Part shown: positions 1-8,381 of the stretch, one piece after another
How the letters are laid out: each line of letters begins with the position of its first letter
How positions within the stretch are numbered: position 1 is the first letter of the stretch
DNA from: a virus
Taxonomy: Duplodnaviria; Caudoviricetes
Direction: 5' to 3' (one strand)
IMG/VR virus record: IMGVR_UViG_638276473_000001
Location: 6,798 to 70,797 of that record
DNA length: 64,000 nt
Position numbers and translations under genes: made by a program
The notes under the pieces: generated by a model
Told to the model about the DNA's origin: nothing
Database searches by the model: none
Seen by the model: only the letters and a program-made list of their open reading frames with translations

Positions 1-165
1 AATCGGCGTGCAATGCTCTGGCAGCCATTCGTGCGTAGTTGCACTCTGGTGTGGACACCCCCGGTTGATTGGCACAACTGGCCCGACGATCAACTGCCAC
101 CGGACCCGAATCCACAGACACCGGTCGAAACACCAGTGGAGGAAGGCAATCCCGATGAAACCTGA
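1..165 (+). CDS. 3' end of an upstream gene (partial, Pro/acidic tail)
   Basis: Frame 1 is open from base 1 to TGA at 163-165 (...PDDQLPPDPNPQTPVETPVEEGNPDET*) and overlaps the next start. Confidence 0.45.
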   Translation, partial: NRRAMLWQPFVRSCTLVWTPPVDWHNWPDDQLPPDPNPQTPVETPVEEGNPDET

Positions 166-289
166 TTACAACTTGGGCTTGGCACGGGGACAGATCAAGC
201 TCGTTTTCTCACCGGACACACCCCCACGAAAAGAAACGTGGTTCGACAAGTTTCTCGGTTGGTTTGGGTTGCAACGAAAGGTGAAGTGA
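155..289 (+). CDS. Small hypothetical protein (44 aa)
   Basis: GGAGGAAGG RBS before ATG 155; its stop overlaps the next ATG (TGATG). Confidence 0.6.
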   Translation: MKPDYNLGLARGQIKLVFSPDTPPRKETWFDKFLGWFGLQRKVK

Positions 290-648
290 TGGCCTACAAG
301 ATGACGGCCAAGCGCCGCGCAGCATTGCGTAAGGCGCAGTTGGCTTCTGCTCGGAAACGACGCAAGGGCGGTCGTGCGAAAAGCACCTACCGTGCCGTGA
401 AGCGTTCCAATGCGGCCAAGCGTTCCTACGCTCGCAAGCACTACAAGGGCCGTGGTGGAATCAGCCGCCAAGCCTCGGACATGTACCACAGCCGGGGCGC
501 GTATTCGCGCAACTGGCGTGGACGCAAGTACGGCAAAACGGCCAAGCGCGTCAACAAGGTTGCCACCGTCGCCGTCTTCGGTCATCCCACGAACGCGGCC
601 ATGCTCGCCGGTTCGAAGTTCCGTGGGCGCAAGCGTAAGCGCCGCTGA
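289..648 (+). CDS. Highly basic protein 1 (protamine/histone-like, putative DNA-binding core protein)
   Basis: About one third K/R, a single acidic residue; N-terminal KMTAKRRAALRKAQLASARKRR; start placed at the TGATG overlap. Confidence 0.85.
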   Translation: MAYKMTAKRRAALRKAQLASARKRRKGGRAKSTYRAVKRSNAAKRSYARKHYKGRGGISRQASDMYHSRGAYSRNWRGRKYGKTAKRVNKVATVAVFGHPTNAAMLAGSKFRGRKRKRR

Positions 649-947
649 TGGCTAAGCGGAAGATGACCGCACGCCAGCGTGCCGCACTTCGCAAGGCACA
701 GTTGGCCTCTGCGCGAAAACGCCGTCGTGGCAAGCGAATCAATCGCAAGATCAGCCGCGTCAACAAGCGCGCCGACAAGAAGATCGGCAAACAGGCACGG
801 ATCGTGCAGGGTTCGATGTACACCCACCGCACCAAGGGTGGCATCTACATGACCGGTCGTGGCGTGAAGGCGTACAAGAAGGGCGTCAACACCCACAACA
901 AGCGCGTGCGAAAAGTGAACAAGCTCAAGAAGAAACGGAAACGGTGA
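648..947 (+). CDS. Highly basic protein 2 (paralogue)
   Basis: 40 of 99 residues K/R, one Asp; KMTARQRAALRKAQLASARKRRR; TGATG coupling. Confidence 0.85.
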   Translation: MAKRKMTARQRAALRKAQLASARKRRRGKRINRKISRVNKRADKKIGKQARIVQGSMYTHRTKGGIYMTGRGVKAYKKGVNTHNKRVRKVNKLKKKRKR

Positions 948-1540
948 TGGCTCGCTCTCACAAGATGACGCCAGCACGAAAGGCTGCGCTGCGAAAGGCG
1001 CAGTTGGTCTCTGCGCGTAAGCGTCGTCGTCGCACCGTCAAAAACGAGGTCAAACGCGCTGGGAGACAAACACTTTCAGCGGCACGCGCTGGCGGGTCTG
1101 TCGCCACTCGCAAGGCCGTGAAGCGATTCAACTCACCGGCCAACAGGGCACGGCGCAGGAAAGCACTCAAGGTGGCCGCTGTTGGCGCAGGGGTCGGTAC
1201 TGCTGCGGTGCTGGGAGCCAAGGCAGCACCCATGGGTCGGCAACTGTACGCATCCCGCAACGTCAGTCGTGGACCTCGCCGGGTGTCGTCGTCCCGGCAA
1301 CCTCTGCGAACTCCCCGCGCAGTCACCGGTACCCGCACACGTGCGCTTACAATGGGACCGAAGGGCAAATCGACCATGCGGTCTCGGCGGTACCGTGAGC
1401 GCAAGCGTCAGGAACGCGTACGACGAGTGGTGGGATCGGAAATGCACAAAAAGGGGCTACGAACTGCCAGTGAAATCCGCGCGTCCCGCAACCGGAAGTA
1501 TTTCGACTCGGTTCTCGGTACAGGAACGTACACACTCTGA
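947..1540 (+). CDS. Highly basic protein 3 (paralogue)
   Basis: KMTPARKAALRKAQLVSARKRRRR plus a small-residue hydrophobic segment (VAAVGAGVGTAAVLGA); TGATG coupling. Confidence 0.85.
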   Translation: MARSHKMTPARKAALRKAQLVSARKRRRRTVKNEVKRAGRQTLSAARAGGSVATRKAVKRFNSPANRARRRKALKVAAVGAGVGTAAVLGAKAAPMGRQLYASRNVSRGPRRVSSSRQPLRTPRAVTGTRTRALTMGPKGKSTMRSRRYRERKRQERVRRVVGSEMHKKGLRTASEIRASRNRKYFDSVLGTGTYTL

Positions 1541-2175
1541 TGGCGTACAACCCGCTGCAAGCGCGTGACAGAAAAGGTCGTTGGGTTGCCAGGGCTGGCA
1601 ACGCGGCCTTCCGTGGTGGTGCAAAAGCGTTGGTGGGCACCGGAACTAAGGCGCGCCCGAAGTCGTCTTCTCGATCTGTGAGCGGTCGTGGTAGAGGTGT
1701 TTCAGGATTCAAGGCCAATTTCGTTCCTTATGCGCGCGTCAACAAGCGTTCGCAGACAGCCGGTTTCAACGCTGGCACGGTGGTCACGAAGCGTAAGAGA
1801 GTCGTCGTCGGCGCATACGTTCGCGTCGAATCTACGACTCATCGTACGACCGCCGACAAGATCGCCGGAAAAGCAGCTTCCAAGGTTTTACCCATTCATA
1901 CCCGCCGAGGGAAGGCTGCGAGAGCTTTCAAGCGCAATTTCTCGGTTAACAATCCCGCGCTACGAGCAACTGCCGGAAACGCACAGGCTCGCCTTAGCAC
2001 TTCTCGGGGCGCTGGACCCACGATTGTCATTCGCCGTGGCAAGCACAAGACACCGCAGGCGAAAAGTGCTGCGGGAATTAAGAAGTACGACACGCGAATG
2101 AGAGCTATTTCAGGTAAGAAAGCTGCCGGAGTCAAGAAGCGGCCCGCGCGGCGAAAGGCGGCAAGGCGGCGATAA
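1540..2175 (+). CDS. Highly basic protein 4
   Basis: K/R-rich 211 aa; N-terminal YNPLQARDRKGRW; TGATG coupling. Confidence 0.85.
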   Translation: MAYNPLQARDRKGRWVARAGNAAFRGGAKALVGTGTKARPKSSSRSVSGRGRGVSGFKANFVPYARVNKRSQTAGFNAGTVVTKRKRVVVGAYVRVESTTHRTTADKIAGKAASKVLPIHTRRGKAARAFKRNFSVNNPALRATAGNAQARLSTSRGAGPTIVIRRGKHKTPQAKSAAGIKKYDTRMRAISGKKAAGVKKRPARRKAARRR

Positions 2176-2178
2176 GCG

Positions 2179-2619
2179 ATGAGTACCGGACCCATCGATT
2201 CACCCACGCACGGAAACCACCTGATTCCCGTAGGGGACAGGCATGTCGAGGCAGTTTTCTACCCCGATGATCCGTTGTCAGAGGACACGAAGAAACGGTT
2301 GATTCTGGACTGCCATTCGTCCAAGAACGAACTGTGTGGATTGCTCGACGTACAACAGAGCATCTACTACATCGAAAACGTACACGAAATCGCTGAGTCG
2401 AACTTCTTTTTCGACAAGGACGAGTACCAAATTGCCATCAACGAAATCTTCGAAAACAATCCAGGGCATGCGAACCCGATTCTAGGCATTTGGCACACGC
2501 ATCCTACTAACATTCCATGGCCTTCCCCCAGAGATATACGCGGGTGGCCTGAGCCTGCTTTGCAATGGCGCTACTTCATAATCACCAATCATGAAGTGCT
2601 AGAGTGGCGTTTACTATGA
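2179..2619 (+). CDS. JAB/MPN (JAMM) metalloprotease
   Basis: Complete JAMM signature: E in NELCGLL, then WHTHP...PSPRD (E-xn-H-x-H-x7-S-x2-D). Confidence 0.9.
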   Translation: MSTGPIDSPTHGNHLIPVGDRHVEAVFYPDDPLSEDTKKRLILDCHSSKNELCGLLDVQQSIYYIENVHEIAESNFFFDKDEYQIAINEIFENNPGHANPILGIWHTHPTNIPWPSPRDIRGWPEPALQWRYFIITNHEVLEWRLL

Positions 2620-3521
2620 CCCGGCCATTGCCCCACGATGACCAGACCTCATTCGACACGCTGAGGCGACGATGGCTGACGAGATACGCACGAATTCAGA
2701 ACAAAACGGATGTGAAAGTACGCACTGCTTTGGTCGATGCCGCCGAGGATGCGTCCAACCGGTTAATTCTCGTAGGCCGAAGTTCTACATTCTCTGCGGG
2801 GGTCCGTACTGCGCAGATTCGACTTGCAATGAAGGAACTCAAGGAAGTTCATCGCGAACTCTTTGACGAGCTTCTACCGATCATCAAAGCCGGACAAAGT
2901 GAAGAAGCTGAGGCAGCCGTCGATGGACTCACCGAAACCGATAGACGTTACTTGCGCGCCGCCCTTCGTGACGCATCTTCTACGGCATACTTTGTTGAAT
3001 CTCAACGACAGGCTGCCCGCAATGGCGTCGCTCACGCGATTTCATCACTCCACAAAAGCCGTGAGCCTCTGTCAGCTAGAGTTTATCGAACACGGAGTCT
3101 GGCGAATAACTGGATACAACGTCTCGTAACGTCTTCGATTGTGAGGGGCGACAGTGCGCAGGACATCGCGAAAGCTGTCAGAGCACATATACGACCCGGC
3201 ACGCCCGGTGGGACGGCCTATGCGGCGTTGCGTTTGGGACGGACAGAGCTTAACAACGCTTTCCACGCCACTTCCATCGAAATTTCAAAGGACCGTCCAT
3301 GGGTTGAAGGCATGCGCTGGAACAACTCTCGGATTCATGAACCGGACCCGATGGAGATTTGCACGCGCCTCAACGGACAGATTTACACCGTCGAAACGGT
3401 CCCGAAAAAGCCTCACCCGCAGTGCAGGTGCTTTGTCACACCGAATCTGATCCCATTCGAGTTGTTTCTGACGCAGTTAGCAGCCGGTCAATACAGAGAG
3501 TGGACACAAAATGCAGCGTAA
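2616..3521 (+). CDS. MuF-like (SPP1 gp7-type) minor head protein
   Basis: RLGRTE motif, C-terminal C...PHPQCRC motif, located before the scaffold. Confidence 0.85.
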   Translation: MTRPLPHDDQTSFDTLRRRWLTRYARIQNKTDVKVRTALVDAAEDASNRLILVGRSSTFSAGVRTAQIRLAMKELKEVHRELFDELLPIIKAGQSEEAEAAVDGLTETDRRYLRAALRDASSTAYFVESQRQAARNGVAHAISSLHKSREPLSARVYRTRSLANNWIQRLVTSSIVRGDSAQDIAKAVRAHIRPGTPGGTAYAALRLGRTELNNAFHATSIEISKDRPWVEGMRWNNSRIHEPDPMEICTRLNGQIYTVETVPKKPHPQCRCFVTPNLIPFELFLTQLAAGQYREWTQNAA

Positions 3522-3564
3522 GAGTAATGTCGCCAGCAACCGGACACACGGAAAGGTCACTGAA

Positions 3565-4353
3565 ATGAACGCCATACCCCCAAAGCTTCTCGCGCAAATC
3601 GATCCGAAGGCGGCTGCCCTACGGGCATGGCCGATTTTCGGCGGTTCGTCTCCCACTCCCCCGGCAACGGCCACCCCTCCGGCCAATCCCGAACAGCAGC
3701 AGCCCAATCCCGCTGCAACACCGCCCGCAACGTCTCCGGCAGGCGCTCCGCAGACCGCCCAACAGCCTGGCGGGGCTGCCAGTGTGGACGTGAATCAGCT
3801 TCTCGCACAGGTCCAGTCGCTTTCGTCCCAGATTCAGCAGTTGCAGACTGAGAATCAGGGCTACAAGCAAAAGGAGACCGAGGCCGAGAACGCGAAGAAG
3901 ACGCGCGAACAGCAGTTGGAACAGACGATCCAGCAGAAGGATCAACAGATCGCCGCTGCGCAGAATCTCATCGCCCAGAAGTCGTTGGAGAACGCACTTC
4001 TCACGCACAAGGACTACCAGTGGCACGACGCCAACGACGCGTTGCTTTCACTGCGGGACGCCGAAGGCGTGAAAGTCACAGTGGACATCGACAAGCAAAT
4101 CGCCACCGTCGAGGGTCTGGACAACGCCGTCAAGGAACTGGCGACGAAAAAGCCGTGGATGCTTTCGAAAGGTCCCGAGCAGCAGCCCGATCCGAACAAC
4201 CCGCAGCAGCAGACCCCGCCAGCGGCTCCCGGTCGGCCCTCCGGCAAGCCTCCGGCTCCCCCGGCCAACCCCGACGCGGCCAAGGTCCAACAGCGTCAGG
4301 CGTTGGGCAAGAAATACTCAGCAATTCGCGGCGCACCGATTGTCGCCGGGTAG
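3565..4353 (+). CDS. Capsid scaffolding protein
   Basis: GAAAGG RBS; P/Q/A-rich low-complexity arms around a coiled-coil; upstream of decoration and capsid genes. Confidence 0.8.
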   Translation: MNAIPPKLLAQIDPKAAALRAWPIFGGSSPTPPATATPPANPEQQQPNPAATPPATSPAGAPQTAQQPGGAASVDVNQLLAQVQSLSSQIQQLQTENQGYKQKETEAENAKKTREQQLEQTIQQKDQQIAAAQNLIAQKSLENALLTHKDYQWHDANDALLSLRDAEGVKVTVDIDKQIATVEGLDNAVKELATKKPWMLSKGPEQQPDPNNPQQQTPPAAPGRPSGKPPAPPANPDAAKVQQRQALGKKYSAIRGAPIVAG

Positions 4354-4393
4354 GAATTCGGGCGTGTTCGCGTACTGATCCTGTAACCTTCGA

Positions 4394-4402
4394 TGCTAGG
4401 AT
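4394..4402 (+). promoter_or_regulatory. Extended -10 promoter (TGCTAGGAT) for capsid genes
   Basis: TGn-TAnnnT in the intergenic gap, followed by a GGAGG RBS before ATG 4433. Confidence 0.5.
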
Positions 4403-4432
4403 CAGTCGCGAACCGCCAATAGTGGAGGAAAA

Positions 4433-4906
4433 ATGAGCTTCCCGAATCTGACGACCAAGCCTCGTTGGGACAAGTACGACGGGTATGTCGGCAATTTCCG
4501 CGCTCCACTGGCCGCAGCCGTGAATCTCGCCACTCAGGCCAACCGCGTTCTGCCGGTGGGCATCAACGCTCAGGGCGCGGCGGTTCTCGGTGGCGCAGGC
4601 CAGACCGGAATCGTCGGCGTTGTCATCATCCCCGTGGGTACCGACATGAACGGCAACCTGCTCGACGGTGGGATCAACACCGGAGTCGGTGACATCTGCG
4701 ACGTGGGCAAGCACGGCGAAATCGTCAACTTCAAGACCACCGCCGCTGACGGCACACAGGGCGCACCGGCTGCCGGAACGAACTACTACGCCCATCCCAA
4801 CGGCGCAGTGGACGCGACCAAGGGCGCGGACGGCGTTTACATCGGTCACACGGTCGAAGCCGACCGCCTGATCGTCAACGTGAACGAGAAGGACGCCGCA
4901 GCGTAA
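4433..4906 (+). CDS. Capsid decoration / minor capsid protein
   Basis: 157-aa G/A/V-rich beta-type protein between scaffold and major capsid; strong RBS. Confidence 0.7.
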   Translation: MSFPNLTTKPRWDKYDGYVGNFRAPLAAAVNLATQANRVLPVGINAQGAAVLGGAGQTGIVGVVIIPVGTDMNGNLLDGGINTGVGDICDVGKHGEIVNFKTTAADGTQGAPAAGTNYYAHPNGAVDATKGADGVYIGHTVEADRLIVNVNEKDAAA

Positions 4907-4965
4907 TCGCGGCGAATTCGTACAGCAAACAGCTTCGAAATCGGAAAGTGAACGAAGGGAACGCC

Positions 4966-6240
4966 ATGACGACGGCACTCTTGGAGCGACCCAACGGAAG
5001 TGCGCGGTCGGCCAGCGACCTCGAAATCATGCCTCCGCATGATCCGCGCTTTCTCGCGCTGACGGCGTGGGGTTCTCTCGGCGGCGGTACCGCACCGGTA
5101 CGCCAAGAGGGGATCATGACCGGTGGCGATCTTGTCACCGCCACCGCCGATGGCACGGACCTCAACGCTCTGTGGAATGAGTTCGCTCTGACCACGGAGA
5201 TTTACAACGAGGAAATGGACCGACTGATCGAACTTCTGACGTTCAACGTCGAGGTTCCGGTCGAACCGGTCGTGCAGATCGGTGAGGTCACCTTCGAGGA
5301 AGCCTCCGAGCTTGGCGTGCCTCGCGGTGCCGGTCTGCCCATCGACGTGTTCCAGATGGGCTACGACCTGCGGCACTACGACAAGCGCAACGCGTACACG
5401 TGGATGTTCCTCGCGGACGCCGACGCTCGTCAGGTCGAGGCGATCCACAACGCGATTCTCTGGGCGCACAAGCGCCTCGTTTTCCGCAAGGTCATGGAAG
5501 CGTTGTTCGACAACCGCGTTCGTCGCGCGAACATCCGCAACCAGGCGTACAACGTCTACCCGCTCTACAACGGCACGGACGGCGTTGCACCGCCTCCCTT
5601 CGCGAACAACACGTTCGACGCAACGCACACGCATTACGTGCGGTCGGGCAACACCGCGCTTGATCCAGGCGATCTGGACACCCTTTACATGCTGCTGGCC
5701 GAGCACGGTTACAGCGCCGAGGGTGGCACCGAATTCCTCCTGCTGGTCAACAAGGCCGAAGCGGATGTGATTCGCACGTTCCGGCGCGGCGTCATGACCA
5801 ACGGTGTGACGGCGACCTACGACTTCATTCAGTCGCCCGGTCAGCCCGCGACCGTTCTCCCCAACGCCGAGGGTCTGCTTGGCACTCAGCCGGGAGACGT
5901 GTTCCGAGGCATCCCGATCATCGGCAAGTACGGGCACCTGCACATCGCGGAGAACACCTACATCCCCGCTGGGTACCTGTGCCTCATCGGTTCCGGTGGC
6001 CGGTTCGACCTTCGCAACCCGGTCGGCCTGCGCGCACACCAGAACCCGTCGATGCAGGGGCTTCGCATCATCCCCGGCAACTACCAGCGGTACCCGCTGA
6101 TCGACGCGTTCTACGCCTGGTCGGGCGGCACGGGCATTCGCCAGCGCGGCGGTGCTGCGATCATGCAGTTGGGTGCTCTCCCGCACAGCAACTACGTGAT
6201 CCCGCAGCAGTTCCGCAAGGGCGGCGGCTTCCTGGTGTAA
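4966..6240 (+). CDS. Major capsid protein
   Basis: 424 aa, GAAGGGA RBS, strongly biased codons, synteny, followed by a hairpin. Confidence 0.88.
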   Translation: MTTALLERPNGSARSASDLEIMPPHDPRFLALTAWGSLGGGTAPVRQEGIMTGGDLVTATADGTDLNALWNEFALTTEIYNEEMDRLIELLTFNVEVPVEPVVQIGEVTFEEASELGVPRGAGLPIDVFQMGYDLRHYDKRNAYTWMFLADADARQVEAIHNAILWAHKRLVFRKVMEALFDNRVRRANIRNQAYNVYPLYNGTDGVAPPPFANNTFDATHTHYVRSGNTALDPGDLDTLYMLLAEHGYSAEGGTEFLLLVNKAEADVIRTFRRGVMTNGVTATYDFIQSPGQPATVLPNAEGLLGTQPGDVFRGIPIIGKYGHLHIAENTYIPAGYLCLIGSGGRFDLRNPVGLRAHQNPSMQGLRIIPGNYQRYPLIDAFYAWSGGTGIRQRGGAAIMQLGALPHSNYVIPQQFRKGGGFLV

Positions 6241-6248
6241 TCTGGGAC

Positions 6249-6274
6249 GGGCCGGGGAGATTGATCCCCGGCCC
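6249..6274 (+). terminator. Stem-loop after the major capsid gene
   Basis: GGGCCGGGGA-N6-TCCCCGGCCC, perfect 10-bp stem, no U-tract. Confidence 0.6.
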
Positions 6275-6312
6275 TACCGGATCAAACTGAATTGCGTTGA
6301 AAGGCAGAGGAA

Positions 6313-7134
6313 ATGAGCTTGGTTCTGGACCCGAATCGTCCGTGGACGAAGGAGGAAAAGGAATGGGCGCGGTCGTCCGGTCGAGGCTATCTGGTCGAGA
6401 CCAACGAGCGTCGTTTTCCTGGTGGCAAGGCGAAGAACGCTCTGCCGCACGAACAGGCCGGTGAGCCACCGGAGTCCGCGCAGTTCGGCCAGCTTGGCGA
6501 AATGGCGCGTCAGGCAGCCGTTTACGACGTGGGCGGCGTTCCGTTGCCGGGTACCACGCTGGACTACGACACTGGTCGCGCGTTGCAGTTCGACGCCGAA
6601 GGCAACGGCGTAGCCGTCGAGCCGGAAATTCCGGTCAACTCCCCCGGCGCTTTCGCCACCGTCGCGTTGCGTCAGGAATCCGAGGGATTCGGTTCCTACA
6701 GCGATCAGGGCGACGACGTTGACGAAGACATCATCGATTACGTCCTCTCGTTGAAGACGAAGGATGATGTGAAGGCCGCGATTGACGAGGCCAACAAGAA
6801 GGCTCCCGCCGAGTACCGCCAGACCTATTCGTCTGGTGACGACCGGGATGCTTTGAACGACAAGCTCGCTCTCGTCTTGCAGGACACCCGTCACCCCGAG
6901 GCCGCAGCGCAGGCACGTAACCTCGCTCAGCGCACGCAGCCTCCGGCAGTGCCCGACGAAGACGATCAGTCCATGGTCGCTCAGAACGTCGGCTTCACCG
7001 ACGATTTCGCCGAGGGCGACCCGTCTCCGGCTTCCGGTGAGGGCGACGACGCCGCTTCGCAGGCTCAGAACGACGGGCCGGTCACCGACGCGGAGCCGGT
7101 CAAGGCCGAGGCGAAGAAGTCCACCAAGAAGTAG
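6313..7134 (+). CDS. Acidic virion-region protein of unknown function
   Basis: 273 aa, GAGG RBS, between capsid and connector genes. Confidence 0.75.
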   Translation: MSLVLDPNRPWTKEEKEWARSSGRGYLVETNERRFPGGKAKNALPHEQAGEPPESAQFGQLGEMARQAAVYDVGGVPLPGTTLDYDTGRALQFDAEGNGVAVEPEIPVNSPGAFATVALRQESEGFGSYSDQGDDVDEDIIDYVLSLKTKDDVKAAIDEANKKAPAEYRQTYSSGDDRDALNDKLALVLQDTRHPEAAAQARNLAQRTQPPAVPDEDDQSMVAQNVGFTDDFAEGDPSPASGEGDDAASQAQNDGPVTDAEPVKAEAKKSTKK

Positions 7135-7143
7135 GAGCGAATC

Positions 7144-7476
7144 GTGGCCGATCAGTCTGCGATTGACGCCGTAAAGCTCCAACTGGCCGACGAAGCAAAC
7201 GATCTGGGCATCACCGACATTGCAATCGGTGCGTGGCTGGACTCCGGTCTGTCCCAAACGAAAACCATCCTGGCGGGTTGGCGAGCCATTGCGGCCAAAT
7301 CCGCTGCGACGGAGGACGTTTCGGAATCGGGGTCCAGCCGCACTGTTCGTTTGCATGAGCGTGCCGTCGAAATGATTCGCGACTGGCAGGCCCGTTCTGA
7401 CGCCGAAGACAAGGCGACCGTTACCGACACACTGGGACGAGGCCGTTTCGCTTCGCATCGCGCAACGAGGGTCTAA
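7144..7476 (+). CDS. Head-to-tail adaptor (putative)
   Basis: AGGAG RBS, helical 110 aa, synteny. Confidence 0.6.
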   Translation: MADQSAIDAVKLQLADEANDLGITDIAIGAWLDSGLSQTKTILAGWRAIAAKSAATEDVSESGSSRTVRLHERAVEMIRDWQARSDAEDKATVTDTLGRGRFASHRATRV

Positions 7477-7871
7477 TGAACGCGGCTGAACTTGCGTTGC
7501 ATCGCAAGGGAACTCGCGATTTCATCAATCGAGACAAAACCTCTTTGGTTTTGTATCCGACCAATGAAACGTGGGTTGCAGGCACGAAGGTCTACAACGA
7601 CGTACCGCCCCGTCCTGCACAGGATTTCAAAGTCATCTGGCCGGGTGCCGATCAAGGCGGCAAGGTCAATACCGATGAAGGCACAGAAACCTCTCGCTAC
7701 GATTTCATTCTCGTAGGCAACTGGGATGCCGTGGTCGAAATTGGTGACCATTGGACCGAAGGCGACGACGAGAATCGCCAGACCTACGTCGTAGAATGGG
7801 TGCAGCCCTACAACGGATACGAGGTCAAGGCCGGTGGAGTTTCCCACGGAGACAGCCCCTCTCACGGATGA
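7476..7871 (+). CDS. Head-to-tail stopper (putative)
   Basis: Beta-rich 131 aa with EIGD-type motif, synteny. Confidence 0.6.
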   Translation: MNAAELALHRKGTRDFINRDKTSLVLYPTNETWVAGTKVYNDVPPRPAQDFKVIWPGADQGGKVNTDEGTETSRYDFILVGNWDAVVEIGDHWTEGDDENRQTYVVEWVQPYNGYEVKAGGVSHGDSPSHG

Positions 7872-8022
7872 GCGTTACTGCGCCAATCCTGAGTGCGGAA
7901 TCCCTTTGGAATTCCATCGTGTTCTGATTGAGCCTGGTGTTTATATGTGCCAGCGGTGCTTTCGTAATCGACGCAGAACCATCTACATCGATGAACGTCT
8001 GGCAAGTCCATGGCAAAGGTAA
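7834..8022 (+). CDS. Small zinc-ribbon protein
   Basis: CANPEC...CQRC; fills the gap between stopper and neck genes; start uncertain. Confidence 0.45.
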   Translation: MEFPTETAPLTDERYCANPECGIPLEFHRVLIEPGVYMCQRCFRNRRRTIYIDERLASPWQR

Positions 8023-8381
8023 CTTTCGAGTATGACGCTCAAGAGCTTCGCACTAACATTCGCAATCTTGATCGGCGCATGGAAAGTGCCGTCGATGCAC
8101 TCATGGATTACGAGGCAGCATACGCTACGGGCCAACTCAAGATGCGTGCCCCATGGACCGATAGGACTGGTGCAGCGAGGTCCGGTCTGCTAGCCGTTGC
8201 AAACAAACTTGGTCCCGGCTCGCATGAACTGATCATGTCTTACTCCGTTCACTACGGAATCTGGCTGGAAATAGCCAACTCTGGGCAGTACGCCGTCATT
8301 GGTCCATTCCTGCCTGTGATGGGACGTAAACTGATGCACGACCTAGAGCATTTGATCGACCGACTCGAAAGGGCACAGTAA
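8010..8381 (+). CDS. HK97 gp10-like neck/tail completion protein
   Basis: APWTDRTGAARSGL and YGIWLE motifs. Confidence 0.8.
   Translation: MAKVTFEYDAQELRTNIRNLDRRMESAVDALMDYEAAYATGQLKMRAPWTDRTGAARSGLLAVANKLGPGSHELIMSYSVHYGIWLEIANSGQYAVIGPFLPVMGRKLMHDLEHLIDRLERAQ

Noticed and set aside
238-288. ORF-track upstream start for basic protein 1, and similar long starts at 3511, 18308, 19948, 22887, 33608, 42682, 51385
   Set aside because: Downstream starts fit RBS, stop/start coupling or paralogue alignment better
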